64,000 nucleotides of DNA from Octopus sinensis (Eukaryota), in NCBI RefSeq assembly GCF_006345805.1, contig NC_043017.1, forward strand, positions 20,026,001 through 20,090,000, given 5' to 3'. Both the position numbers and the translations under genes were made by a program. Of this stretch, positions 14,490-28,066 are shown piece by piece (position 1 is the stretch's first letter; each line of letters opens with the position of its first letter). The notes beneath the pieces were generated by a model. It saw only the letters and a program-made list of their open reading frames with translations, had not been told where the DNA came from and did not search any database.

Positions 14490-14872
14490 GGCGTAGGAGT
14501 GGCTGTGTGGTAAGTAGCTTGCTTACCAACCACATGGTGGCACCTTGGGCAAGTGTCTTCTACTATAGCCTCGGGCTAACCAAAGCCCTGTGAGTAGATT
14601 TGGCAGACAGAAACTGAAAGAAGCCCGTCGTATATATGTATATATATATATGTATGTGTGTGTATATGTTTGTGTCTGTGTTTGCCCCTCCCCCCAACAT
14701 CACTTGACAACCAATGCTGGTGTGTTTACGTCCCCGTAACTTAGCGGTTCGGCAAAAGAGGCTGATAGAATAAGTACTAGGCTTACAATGAATAAGTCCT
14801 GGAGTCGATTTGCTCGACTTAAGGCGGTGCTCTAGCATGGCCACAGTCAAATGACTGAAACAAGTAAAAGAG
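14490..14872 (+). mobile_element. SINE family A
   Basis: ggcgtaggagtggctgtgtggtaag...gactgaaacaagtaaaagag, with a small deletion in the head. Confidence 0.9.
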
Positions 14873-15429
14873 TATATATTAGTATATATTAGCCAGAAAA
14901 ATCCACGATGTACTGAGCGTGCGATAGGTGAACCGCAATATGGTGAGGGATTACTATACATGTAAACCCCAACATTTTATGGTGGCAAATAAATGAAATC
15001 ATCATCATCATTATGATTATGTTTATTATTATTATTATTATTAGTAGTAGTAGTAGTAGTAGTAGTAATATTAGCAGTAGTTGTCAGCATCATTGTTGCC
15101 ATCGTTGTAGTAGTAATAAACATACTAATTGTTACTTGTAATTTTAAATACTCATTCAATTTGGCTTGTTCTTTTGGGAGCTTTTTATGTCATTAACGTT
15201 TAATAAACCAAACAAACAAACAAAAGAAAATCAAAATCTAATTTTTCATCTTAAAAGTTTTTTTCCTAATTACATGAATATAGTGTAAAAACAAACCAAA
15301 CTCTAATGAAATAACAAAAAAAAAAACAAAAAAAACCCCACCAAAAGACTCTCTCTGACTTTCAGAGCAAATAAAACACCAATTGTTAAAGTGAGTGTGT
15401 TGCTTGTGTATACATATATCTGTATATGT

Positions 15430-15777
15430 GGAGGAGCAATGGCTCACTGGTTAAGGCAGCGGACTCGCGCTGTCATAGGATCGCAGTTTCAATTCCCAGA
15501 CAGGGCAATGTGAGTGTTTATTGAACGAAAACACATGGCTCCGGCCGTACTCTTTCACCACAACTTTCTCTCGCTCTTTCTTCCTGTTTCTGTTGTACCT
15601 GTATTTCAAAGGGGCCAGCCTTGTCACATTCTGTGTCATGCTGAATCTCTCTGAGAACTACATTAAGATTACATGTGTCTGTGGAGTACTCAGCCACTTG
15701 CACGTTAATTTCACGAGCAGGCTGTCCCATTGATCGGATCAACTGGAACCCTCGTCATTGTAACAAATGGAGTGCCA
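15430..15777 (+). mobile_element. SINE family C, tail type 1
   Basis: Head ggcaatggctcactggttaaggcagcggac...tttcaattcccagac. Matches 43379-43758 in reverse. Confidence 0.85.
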
Positions 15778-15944
15778 CGAGGTTATAGTAGAAGACACTT
15801 GCCCAAGGTGCCATGCAGTGGGACTGAACTTGGAACCATGTGGTTGGTAAGCAAGATACTTACCACACAACCACCACGCATCCAATTCCAAGTAAGCATA
15901 TATATATATGCTTATATATATATATATTATATATGTAGATATAT

Positions 15945-16356
15945 TTTAGTCATTAGTTACTGTGGCCATGCTGGAGCACATCACCTTGAAGTGCCTTAGT
16001 GAAACAAATTGACCCCAGATTTATTTTATTTTTTTAAGCCTTGTACTTATTCTATTGGTCACTTTTGTCAAACTGCTAAGTTATGGGGAGCTAAAAAAAC
16101 CAACTCTGGTTGTCAAGTGACAGTAGGGTACAAACACTCTCACACACACACACACACATGCGCATATTGATATATAGATTGATAAATAGATAGACAGATA
16201 TGACGGGCTTCTTTCTGTTTCCTACTACCAAATCCACTCACAAGGCTTTGGTCAGCCTGTGGCTATTGTAGAAGACTCTTGCCCAAGGTACCACATTGGG
16301 GGACTGAACCTGAGAACTGAGAGGCTGGGAAGCAAATTTCTTACCACTCAGCCACA
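15945..16356 (-). mobile_element. SINE family A, diverged copy
   Basis: Reverse-complement match to head and tail. An additional head-only copy lies at about 15779-15882. Confidence 0.8.
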
Positions 16357-16377
16357 CAATATATATATATATATATA

Positions 16378-16623
16378 CCGATGGCACATAAAAAGCACCA
16401 ACCGATGTGGCTGATGCCAGACCCTTCTGGCACCTGTGCAGGTGGCACGTAAAAAGCACCCACTACACTCGCGGAGTGGTTAGCGTTAGGAAGAGCATCC
16501 AGCTGTAGAAACACTGCCAGATCAGACTGGAGCCTGGTGCAGCCCCTGGCTTCCCAGACCCCGGTCGAACCGTCCAACCCGTGCTTGCGCGGAAAACGGA
16601 CGTTAAACGATGATGACGATGAT
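16378..16623 (+). mobile_element. Family E RTE-like 3' end
   Basis: Same sequence, with a (GAT)n tail. Confidence 0.85.
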
Positions 16624-17227
16624 ATATATGTACACACATATACACAAGGAGAAAAAGTAATTATGTGGAAAGCTACACGCACATATATTTATAAAATCAC
16701 GCAATTGTTTAAATGAAAATATGAATAAAATGTGTTTTATAATTAAACATAATTTCTTTTTTCCATTTTTTTTTTTTTTAATAAAATAGAGTTTAGATAA
16801 ACAAAAAGCGTATTGTATATAATCTATAAAGTTCATTATAAATTAGTTTCGTTGAAATCTTAAATAATAATTCATTGCTTTGAAATAACAAAACAATGAA
16901 TATTCTCTTAAAAGCTATTTGTTGGTTTGAATAGAACGGTATTGTTTGGGTTTCATTATACTTAATTATTAATTAGTACAATAAAGGTTGGTTTGTATTC
17001 TTTTGTGTTTCTCTTGTGTTTCTACAAGCTTGATAATTCTTGGAAATAAAAATCTAGATCCAGAGGTGGTCCCAGAGACTGAGTAAGGTTTGTGGGGGTA
17101 AAGGAAAGGGATTCTGGACTCAAACTGGCAAAGGTGTTGGTATTTGCTTCTCCTTTGCCTTTGTTCCGAACCCCTTATTAAAACACAATGTTATCGTGGA
17201 AAAAAAAAATTATTATTATTATTATTA

Positions 17228-17575
17228 TGGTGGATGGTACCTCTCTAAGTGTAGACCTGTGAGTCAGGGAGAATGAATTGTCGAGGGCACTAGGTCCTAG
17301 GGCTTCAGGGAAATCTCAGACAGTGGGGTTCCTTGATTATACCAAGAAGCCTTCCTATGTCAGGAGGGCCACATCTCTATCATCCTACCCCCCATTTTCT
17401 TTTAAACCTTTCTATGCTATGCATATGTCCCTTCCGTTTCAATGTATACCATGTATGCTTACCTTTTTTCCTTATCATTTCATTATATGTAAACCCCTAC
17501 ACTTTATGCCTGTCTCTGTATTGTCCCCACCTCATCCTTTGCCCTTGTGGCAAATAAATGAAATCATCATCATCA
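17228..17575 (+). mobile_element. LINE 3' end (possible ORF terminus plus 3'UTR ending gcccttgtggcaaataaa and (ATC)n)
   Basis: MVDGTSLSVDL* followed by a pyrimidine-rich UTR. The terminal motif is shared with 13500-13915 and with SINE B. Confidence 0.5.
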
Positions 17576-17653
17576 TCATCATTATTATAATTAAGGCAGT
17601 GAGCTGGCAGAATGGTTAGTGCAGTGGACATTAAGTCACTGTGGAATAATGAA

Positions 17654-17885
17654 GACGGCAAGCTGGCAGAATCGTTAGCATGTCGGGCGAAATGCTCAGC
17701 GGTATTTCGTCTGCCGTTACGTTGTGAGTTCAATTTCCGCCAAGGTCGACTTTGCCTTTCATCCTTTCAGGGTCGATAAATTAAGTACCAGTTATGCACT
17801 GGGGTCGTTGTAATCGACTTAGTACCGATGTCTGTATCTTGTTTGTCCCCTCTGTGTTTAGCCCCTTGTGGGTAATAAAGAAATA
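17654..17885 (+). mobile_element. SINE family B (tRNA head, central gcctttcatcctttcggggtcgataaa domain, tail gccccttgtggg-aataaagaaat)
   Basis: Matches 24922-25148 and 59402-59626. The central domain resembles the Meta/MESC SINE domain as I recall it. Confidence 0.85.
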
Positions 17886-18030
17886 GGAATAATGAGGGAT
17901 ACACATATCAAGGAGTATCACAAGACGATGAGATAAGGGAAAGAGAGATGAGAGAGAAAGTCACTAAAGAGAACCAGAGGAAGATTGGGAAGATGTTCCA
18001 ATCAAAATTAAATGGAAGAGACATCATTAA

Positions 18031-18360
18031 CCCTTTTGTTACCATATTCCTGTTGAGATGTTCTGAGTTTCTTTCAATTAATTTGAAATTCTTTAGTAAA
18101 ATAACTTAGTTGTCATTCAGCTAGTGCTAGGAACATAAATTGTGACTAAGGTTTGGTGGAAGATTTTAATTCAGAACTTTTGCAAACAAGGTGCAGGAGT
18201 GGCTGTGTGGTAAGTAGCTGGCTTACCAACCACATGGTTCTGGGTTCAGTCCTACTGCATGGCATCTTGGGCAAGTGTCTTCTGCTACAGCCTCAGGCCG
18301 ACCAATGCCTTGTGAGTGGATTTGGTAGATGGAAACTGAAAGAAGCCTGTTGTATATATG

Positions 18361-18397
<37 letters not shown>

Positions 18398-18655
18398 TTG
18401 TCCCCCTAGCATTGCTTGACAACCGATGCTGGTGTGTTTACATCCCCGTCACTTAGCGGTTCGGCAAAAGAGACCGATAGAATAAGTACTGGGCTTAAAA
18501 AAGAATAAGTGCCGGGGTCGATTTGCTCGACTAAAGGCGGTGCTCCAGCATGGCCGCAGTCAAATGACTGAAACAAGTGAAAGAGTAAAAAGTAAAGAGT
18601 AAGACATTTGTACTGCAGAGCCAGAGGGGTTTCAGGTGGGTTGGTAACGAAAGGG
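18031..18655. mobile_element. TTAA-type MITE, family 1, reverse orientation, split by SINE A
   Basis: TTAA|CCCTTT at 18031 and AAAGGG|TTAA at 18655. The halves join to reconstruct the 27813-28035 sequence. Confidence 0.85.
18190..18599 (+). mobile_element. SINE family A inserted in a TTAA MITE
   Basis: Full-length copy that splits the MITE at 18031-18655. Confidence 0.9.
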
Positions 18656-19273
18656 TTAAAGTTGTAAATACATGGGCTGTGCTTGTATTGAGATGCTCTG
18701 CTTCCGTTCTGAAAAGGACAAAGGTTGAGCTGTAGAATTTGGATAGAAGAACTAGAAAGCTCCTAACAGTACACCACACACTCCATCCTTATCATTCTGC
18801 TTGTTGTTGTTGTAAGGTGGTCGTTGGTAGACTCATTAGAGTACTGGGAACAGACATTAAACACACTTATACACATGTGTATACAGTTACGATGATAATG
18901 ATGTTAATTATTACACACACACACATACATATACGTATACATACATACATATATACATATACATATATATAGCTGAAGGATTAAAGTTTATATTAATCGA
19001 AGGACATACTGAGTATGTCTACCTGCTGGAAATAACAGTCAAAACTCTTTTTTAAATTGCTGAGAAAACTCTGATAATAACTACAGAAATCAACTGTCCG
19101 AGGGCAAACGGGTCAAGAAAATCATTCAACATATATTCTAGCACTTGGACTCATGTGGACCGGTTTGTGGACTGGCATTACAGCCTCACCTTCCTCAGCA
19201 CATGTTACCATGATTACACACATATATATATATATACATATATATACCCACACACACATATTTATTTATATGA

Positions 19274-19305
<32 letters not shown>

Positions 19306-19939
19306 TATATATATACATATATATCAAGAGAGAGAGAGAGTGACACAAATATATACATACATATAAATACATACATACATACTACATACACACACATACA
19401 TACACACACACGCACACACACACACACACACACACAAATACACATGCACACTGTAACATCTCCAAGTTATTTAATTGCTGGAATCTGACATATTTGCCAT
19501 TGGAATATCATCGTATCAGGTCATACTTGAAATCCGATGAAGTTCTCAAGTGCCTTCTTGATGCCATCGTCACTCAAAGAATCTCTCCCCCCCTTCTCCG
19601 CCCTCCCCCCTCTTCCTCCCTGTCTCTCAATAAATAATTCCATACATTCCTTCAGGTCTTCTTCCAACGCACAAACACACACGGTTGCTTACTCACAGGG
19701 TATGCATCAGGTAAGGACAAAACTCTGAAAGGCAGCAGATAATCGCAAGCCCTCACCCCAAACATGCATACACATAGAAGAAAAAAAAAAACTCTCTTCA
19801 TCCCACCAGGACCCCTAGCTGCAATGTAGGTCACTAAATTTGCCCTTTAAGTCCGGCATGAGACTGGAATTCCCTTTCGTTAAGACACCAATGTTAATTA
19901 ATGATATCATATACTGATGTATATCGTCAAGTGTTGTTG

Positions 19940-21070
19940 CTGTTTTGTAGTTGTTGTTGTTGCCATGGTTATTGTTGTTGTTTGTTGCTGATATAATTTG
20001 TGCACTTTTCCCTATTCCTATTTTTGTTGCTGTTGTTGTTGTTATTACTGCAGTTGGTGCTATTGTTGTTGTTGTTGTTGTGGGTGCAGCTGCTGTTGAT
20101 CTCGTTGTTGTTATTTGTGCGTTTGTTGTTATTAACAACACTGTTGTTGCTGTTGTAGCAATTTGTGTTGTTGGTGTTATGTGTGTTTCTGTTGTTGTTG
20201 TGGTGGTGGTGGTGATAGCGGTGGTGGTGGTGATGGCAGCAGTGATGATGGTGTTGTTGTTGATGGTGGTGGTAGTGGTGGTGGTGGTGGTGGCAGCAGT
20301 GGTGATGGTGGCAGCAGTGATGATGGTGTTGTTGTTGATGGTGGTGGTAGTGGTGGCAGCAGTGGTAATGGTGGTGGTGTTGGCGGTGGCAGCAGTGATA
20401 GTGTTGTTGTTGTTGTGGTGGTTGTGGCAGTGGTGTTGGTGGTGGTGATGGTGGTAGTGGTTCTGGAGGTGGCAGCAGTGGTGATGGAGTTGGTGGTGGT
20501 AGTGGTGGTGGCAACAGTGGTGTTGTTGTTGTTGTTGTTGTTGGTGGTGGTGGGAGTGGTGATGGTGTTGTTGTTGGTGGTGGTGGAGGTGGCAGCAGTG
20601 GTGATGGAGTTGGTGGTGGTAGTGGTGGTGGCAACAGTGGTGGTGGAAACAGTGTTGTTGTTGTTGTTGTTGTTGTTGTTGGTGGTGGGAGTGGTGATGG
20701 TGTTGTTGTTGGTGGTGGTGGTGGAGGTGTCAGCAGTGGTGATGGTGCTTGTGGTGTTGGTGGTGGTGATGGGTGTTGTAACTGATGTCATTGTTGTCCT
20801 TATAACATTTTCTTCATAATTCCTGGACGAGGAAATGAAGATGGTGTCAAGGATGTGTGTTGAAGATTATGATGACGGTGGTGGGACTGCAGGTGCAAAT
20901 GATGATAATGATGACAGTGATGATGATGATCGTGATGACAACAATCATGATGTTGATGGCAGGAGCAAAGATGATGATGACAATGATGATGATGATGGTG
21001 GTGATGAGAGTGGTTATTATGAAAATGCGGCAGTGATGATAATGATGATGATGATGAAGATAGTGATGAG
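19940..21070. repeat. Compound trinucleotide low-complexity tract (GTT/GGT/GAT)
   Basis: Visible directly. Source of the long V/G/H/T-rich ORFs. Confidence 0.95.
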
Positions 21071-21328
21071 GAGGGGTAGGAGTGAAAATGATGTAGGGCA
21101 GAGGTGCACCAGATTCCACGTCATCTGACTGCAGCCATGCTGGAGCATCACCTTAAAGGGTTATTTTTAGTTGAAGAAGTCAAACCCCGTGACTTATTCT
21201 TTCTAAACCTAGTACTTATTTTATTAGTCTCTTTTCCCCCGAACAGCTAAGTTACAGGGACATAAATACACCAACATCGGTTGTCAAATGATGGCAGGGA
21301 CAGGGACACAAAGACACACATAAATATG

Positions 21329-21388
<60 letters not shown>

Positions 21389-21832
21389 ATGGATACTCTC
21401 GTCGTCAGACGATGTATGAGGGTTCGACAATTTCTTACTGAACAACCATACAAATGATTTATTTATAGTGATCAAATGTTTTTGTAGACATAGGCTCACT
21501 CCCTCCATCAGATTGACATTACCTGTACAGGTGCAACTGGGTGTCACATGTCAGATGTCGAAATGATCGTAGAGCAACGTGAAATAAAGTGCTTTTTTCT
21601 CAAGAACACAATGCAACTCCTGGTCTGGGAATCGAACCCATGATCTCACAATCGTGAGTACAACACCCTAATCACTATGCCATGCACCTTCATATATATA
21701 TATATATAGATATATATATATTGGCCTGCTCGCTTAGCCAGCGGGGTGGCGTCATTCAAAGGCTAAAACAATGCGAACGCATTGTGACCAGCGATGTGTA
21801 ACAACATGTGATGGTCTGGTCGGTCACGTGAT

Positions 21833-21875
<43 letters not shown>

Positions 21876-22649
21876 CAATGGGCTTCTTTCAGTTTCCGTT
21901 TCTCAAATCCACTCACAAGGCTTTGGTCAACCTGGGGCCAGGGTGCCATGCAGTAGGACTGAACCCCGAACCATGTGTTTGGGAAGCATGCTTCTTACCA
22001 CACAGCCATGCCTGCACCTATATATATTCTTTTATTCTTTTACTTGTTTCAGCCAGAGGCCTGGGCCATGCTGGAGCAACAGCTTTTTATAATACACATA
22101 CACGCACACATTTCTTTATTTATTCTTGTATTTATTTATGTTTAAGAATTTTCGGTGCAGAACTTTGTATTCAGAACCGGAATCTGTTTGAATGCAATCA
22201 AACAGTTTGCCATGAGTCATCAGGGCGCTGACCAGAGGAGCCTACTGTTAATTTATCAAAGAGTCTCATGACATTCTCCAAAAGAAACCCAAAAAGAAAG
22301 TCGGCGGCGGGGGGGGGGGGGGGCAGTGTATAAGGGGGCAAGGCAGCAAGGGATGAGGTGGGAACGGGTGGGGGTATAAAGGGGCAAAGTGGCAAGGGAT
22401 GGGCAGGTGGGTGAAAATGGGGAGAAAGGTGAAAATGGTGAATGATATATTTATATTTTACAGTGATTCACCATTTTCTCGCTCATGGAGACATTCCTTA
22501 AGCCAAAATTCAATTGATGGCATCGTTAATAAAGACATATGATCTCACTCCTTAGCTTTCCTATTCCCACCCGCCCCCTGCTTGTTCTTTCTCCCCACCT
22601 CTTTTTTGTTTCCTTACACAAACACACACACGCACACTCTTATGTATTC

Positions 22650-24030
22650 ACATATGTTCCACCACCACCACCACACCACAACAAGAACAACCATCGTGAC
22701 CACCACCACCATCAGTAATACCTCCACTACCACCACAATATCAACACCATCATCACCACCACCACCACCACAACACCACCACCACAACACCCATCATGAT
22801 AGCCACCACCACCACAACACCACCACCACAACACCACCACCACAACACCCATCATGATAGCCACCATCATCACCACCACTATCAGTACTACTTCCACTAC
22901 CACCACCACCACCACCACAACAACAGCCATCATGATCGCCATCATCATCACCACCACTACCACTATCAGTACTACCTCCACCACCACAACCATCCCCCAT
23001 CACCCACCACTATCATGATTACCACCGTCTCCATCACCATCACCACCACCACCATCACCATGACCAATACCATCCGACCACCATTACAATCACCACCACT
23101 TTCACCATAACCCCCACCATCATCATATAACCAACCCCCCCACACACACACATGTTAGGGCTCGGTCTTCCCCCCCAAGGACAAAAGTCAAGAATATTTA
23201 TGCCGGATAAATTATGGTTCTTCATGATTAATCAAAGACTCCTGTTCTTGGTGTTTGGACGAAGGAAGTTGTTCAATATCGGCTTTTATGTTTCTTGTTG
23301 CTGCTGACGTCGTTGTTGTTGTTGCTATTCTGTGTTTGTTGTTGTTGTTATTTCACACTTAGTCAACTGGTATTTCATTGATTTATTTATTTGTGTTTGT
23401 GTGTCAGATTGTGTGCGAGTGTGCATGTGTGTGTGTGTGAGAATGTGGTTGTGTGTGTATGTGTTTGTGTGTGAGTGTGTGTGTGAATGTGGTTGTGTGT
23501 GTGTGAGTGCATTTGTGTGTGTGTCAGTTTGTGTGCGAGTGTGTGTGAGAATGTGGTTGTGTGTGTGTGTGGTTCCACTTTGAGTCTGGTAGTTTGTTTA
23601 CGTTTGTGCCCCCCACTCCCCCCGCAAATCCCCCTCCCCCAACCCCACCCACCCAAACCCTGCCGTCACTACCACAAACCCCTCTCCACTCTTCCCCTCA
23701 TCCCCCCACCTGTCTATCTATGCCACCATCTTTCTCTTTAACACAGGCTCAACTGATATTTTCCCTCTCTGTTCCACCGAAACCACCACCACCACCACCA
23801 CCACCACAACCACCACTACCACCACCATCGCCACCACCACCACACCACCACACCACCACCATCGCCGCCACCACCACCACCACCACCACCACACCACCAC
23901 TACCACCATCGCCACCACCACCACAACCACCACCACCACCACCACCACCGCCGCCACCACAACCACCACCACCACCACCACCACCACAACCACCACCACA
24001 CACCACCACCACCACCATCACCACCACCAC
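22650..24030. repeat. (CAC)n and (GT)n low-complexity tracts
   Basis: Visible directly. Confidence 0.9.
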
Positions 24031-24160
24031 TGCTAATGCTAACTCCAATCAACAATACAGAATATTATCGCTTTCTTTCTTTTCATAAAACACACACACA
24101 CACACACACACAACTCTGAAATCCTGCTCATACACACTGAATCACACACACACACACACA

Positions 24161-24485
24161 CATACTTGTTCACACGCACACACACAAAGACACACTCACA
24201 CAAACACTCTCTCACACCTACCCAGATGCTCATACACTCACTCACACACACACACACACTAAATCACACACATACACACACTAAATCACACACATACACA
24301 CACTAAATCACACACATACACACACTAAATCACACACATACACACACTAAATCACACACATACACACACTAAATCACACACATACACACACACTTACTTG
24401 TTCACACGCACACACACAAAGACACACTCACACAAACACTCTCTCACACCTACACAGATGCTCATACACTCACACACACACACAC
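24161..24485. repeat. 22-bp tandem array (cacacactaaatcacacacata) flanked by an about 85-bp direct repeat
   Basis: About 6 units. The flanking unit tacttgttcacacgc...gatgctcatacactcac occurs on both sides. Confidence 0.9.
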
Positions 24486-24879
24486 ACCTGATATAAATCT
24501 TACCGATGAAATCCTGATGGTTTTCCATGAGATGCAAACAAAGAAAACCTTGTTAAAAAAAATTTCCCAATAAACAAAATAAATAAAAAAAAAGTTGGCA
24601 TTTGATTTGCAGATTACAAAGGTATCACGTTAACCGACCAGCGAGTCAAGCGGTGAGCCGAGTGTTATGTAAAAATGATGGCCCTTCCAAATCACGGTCC
24701 CCACCCACCACCACCATCATCATCATCGTTGTATTAGGTTGGCTTTCCCTGCAGTAGAGGGCTGAATGGATTGTTACAGCATTCCGAGTTAATTTCTTGA
24801 TCGGAGTTACTTCCCCTTTACATGAGATGTTGGACAAACATCTCACTTGCACATTCCATTTTCTCACTGCCGTGATGAC

Positions 24880-24918
<39 letters not shown>

Positions 24919-24921
24919 CTA

Positions 24922-25148
24922 GGAGGCGAGCTGGCAGAAACGTTAGCGCACCGGGCGAAATGCTTAGCGGTATTTCGACTGCCGCTACGTTCTGAGTTCA
25001 AATTCCACCGAGGTTGACTTTGCCTTTCATCCTTTCAGAGTCGATAAATAAAGTACCAGTTTCGCACTGGGGTCGATATAATCGACTTAATCCCTTTGTC
25101 CTTGTTTGTCTCCTCTATGTTTAGCCCCTTGTGGGCAGTAAAGAAATA
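24922..25148 (+). mobile_element. SINE family B
   Basis: Full copy within an (ATCT)n tract. Confidence 0.9.
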
Positions 25149-25188
25149 TATCTATCTATCTATTTAACTAAATAACTACCTCCCTACC

Positions 25189-25219
<31 letters not shown>

Positions 25220-26059
25220 CTATCTATCTGTCTGTCTATCTAACTACTTATCAATCTAAATATCTATCTATCAATCTATCTGTCTGTCTGTCTGTCTGTC
25301 TGGTACACAATATGGTCCACAGATGGCTATGTGTGTGAGTATGATTCCAACAGGGAACCTTCTCATACAGTATTCAGAGATTCCTAGTAAACCACAGCTA
25401 CAAAGTGATCTGATTTTCAATCAATGATCTATGTTCCAAACAACAACTTAATAACGACAATACTATTTTACTTAATTCTTTGTTAATTCCAAAATTAATG
25501 AAAACAATGACAGTCTATTTCAACAGAAACATGGGAAACAAAATGATTAAAGAAATCTAAATTAAAATCTTTCATCAAAATTTCTTGTTAGTTTCTGTTC
25601 CAAACATCAAATACATAACAACAATGTTATTTTTCTAAACTCTTCATTTCATAATAAATTTCAAAAGAAATGCAGTAAAGAAAAGGGTTAAAGGCAAAAT
25701 CGTTTATATGTCATATAGAAACAAAACAACCAAGGATGTTAAAATAATATTGTGATTTAAATAATAGATGATTTCAGAGATGTAGTTGCTTGTCAAGTGA
25801 TTTGCAGTGTGACTGCATCAATGACCAGGTTTCAGATGAGTGACAGAGGTTTTGACACCAAATAATAAATGTTTAAGTGAATGGTTTATGTCTGTTTTCC
25901 ATGTAGTAATGGTTTAATATGTAATTACAATGTGAAAAATATCAATGCTTACACTCAGGTTAACAAATAGGTTCTTTCTTTTCTTTTGTGAATATCTATT
26001 TTGGGGAAAATTTTCCTGTAATGAATTCTTGTTCTACTTTGAGAAGGGTTTGTCTCTCT

Positions 26060-26551
26060 CTCTCTCTTTACTTGTTTCAGTCATTTGACTGTGGCCATGC
26101 TGGAGCACCACCTTTTAGTCGAGCAAATCGACCCCAGGACTTATTCTTTGTAAGCCGAGTATTTATTCTATTGGGTCTCTTTTACTGAACCACTAAGTTA
26201 TGGGGACGTAAACACACCACCATCGGTTGTCAAGCGATGTTGGGGGGACAAACACAGACACACAAACATATACACACACATACATACATACATACATATA
26301 TATTTATTTTATTTTTATTTTTATTTTATCTAGTTTCAGCTCACAAGCTGTGGTCATGCTGGGGCACCGCCATATATATATATATATATATACATGTATA
26401 TGATGGGCTTCTTTCAGTTTCTGTCAACCAAATCCACTCACAAGGCTTTGGTCAGCCCGAGGTTATAGTAGAAGACAATTGCCCGGAAGACTGAACCCGG
26501 AAGCGTGTGGTTTGTAAGCAAGCTACTTACCACACAGCCACTCCAACGCCT
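26060..26551 (-). mobile_element. SINE family A with a second SINE-tail fragment inside its microsatellite
   Basis: Full-length reverse copy. An extra tagtttcagctcacaagctgtggtcatgctggggcacc lies at about 26330-26370. Confidence 0.9.
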
Positions 26552-26969
26552 ATCACAAGTGAAAAATATCAATGCTTACACTCAGGTTAACAAAGAGGTT
26601 CTTTCTTTTCTTTTGTGAATATCTGTTTTGGGAAAAATTCCTGAAATAAATTCTTATTCTATTTTGAGAAGGGTTTGTCCCTTTCTGTTTAATTTCACAG
26701 GAGAGAAACGAATACTACGTGCCATGGTGACGTAATCCCCGGTCAGGTTGCTCTTGGGTGTTGCTGGTAACATGTGAACCCAATACAACCTGTTACATGG
26801 TTGGGTTATTGTTGGCTAAGCTGGCAACCTTACCAAGCAAACAGGTTTTGTTATTGCCCTGAAGGGTGATTGCAGGAAGCCCTCTGGGATAAAAAAACAA
26901 AACCTGACAAAGGGCAGAAGAACTCAGGAGAGTGAATGGCCAACTAATATTATGTACGTGGGTGTATGT

Positions 26970-27000
<31 letters not shown>

Positions 27001-27155
27001 TGTGTGTATATATGTGGGTATGCATCAAATTGTTTGTATGGGTGTGTGTGTATATATATATACATATATAGTTAATCCAAACATAAAAGCACAACGTGAG
27101 GACGTGGAACAAATATAGTATTATTGGACGCTCAGGAAAGAAGGAAAGAAGGAGG

Positions 27156-27190
27156 GTTTAACGTTTCGAGCGGAGCTCTTCATTGGAAAC
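27156..27190 (-). ncRNA. Degenerate minimal hammerhead-like motif
   Basis: GUUU-CCAAUGA-A GAGC ucc GCUC-GAAAC GUU-AAAC. Stems are intact, and the core differs at two positions. Confidence 0.45.
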
Positions 27191-27812
27191 ATAGGAAAAG
27201 GAAAGATCCAGAGAAGAGGAAAAAAATCGCCAACGGTACACACACGGTCGTGTATACAATTGTTTGTATGCATGTATATAAAATAGGGACAAAAGGAGAA
27301 GGGAAGAAAAAGGGACGACTACCTTGTAAGAGGAAAAAATCAACAGAATGAAAGGAAGTGAGATGGTGATTCAGGAATATCCTGCAAATGGAGGTCTCAC
27401 AAGCCATGTTTTGTATTCAGCAATTGAAAGAACGAAGAGCACAATTGCATCAAGTAGGAGGGTCAAGAGGTGTGGAAGTCTATTGAACTGTGAATCAACC
27501 CGACTTGTTGGAGCTGGTTCTTCAAACACAGCGAAGGAAGAGGTTTCCATAAAGAATTAGTGTTATGGTTTATTATGAAGTTAACAAGAAATTCTGGTTT
27601 CAAATTTTGGCACAGCACTGGCATGCTTGGGGAGCGGGGTAAGTCAATTATATCGACCCTTTATTGCTCATCCAGTACTTCTTTCCTGGACCCTGTAACA
27701 ATGGAAAGCAAGGTTAACCTCATCAGAATTTGAACTTGGAACATAAAGCCAGCTGAAAAGCTGCTCAGGATTTCGTCCAGCATGCTAATAATTCTGCCAG
27801 CTTACCACTTTA

Positions 27813-28035
27813 CCCCTTTTGATACCAAACCAGCAGAAACCGCATCTGGCTCTTTGGTACAAATGTCTTATTTTCATAAGTTCTGAATTAAAATCTTCCA
27901 CCAAACCTTAGTCACAATTTATGTTCCTAACACAAGCTTAATGATAACTAAGTTATTTTACTAAATTCTTTGTTATATTTAAAATTAACTGAAAGAAACA
28001 CAGAGCATCTCAACAGAAATACAGTAACAAAAGGG
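27813..28035. mobile_element. TTAA-type (piggyBac-like) MITE, family 1
   Basis: ccc(c)tttt...aaaagggTTAA. Same internal sequence as 28067-28257 and 18031-18655. Confidence 0.8.
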
Positions 28036-28066
28036 TTAAAATATATAATAGAGAAACAATTCTTAA

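Noticed and set aside
19523-19690. Minus-strand open frame LEEDLKECMELFIERQ...DDGIKKALENFIGFQ followed by gtatga
   Set aside because: No convincing acceptor or recognisable homology.
19815-21128. Several 100-220 aa ORFs (V-, P/H-, T-, G-rich)
   Set aside because: Low-complexity microsatellite artefacts on both strands.
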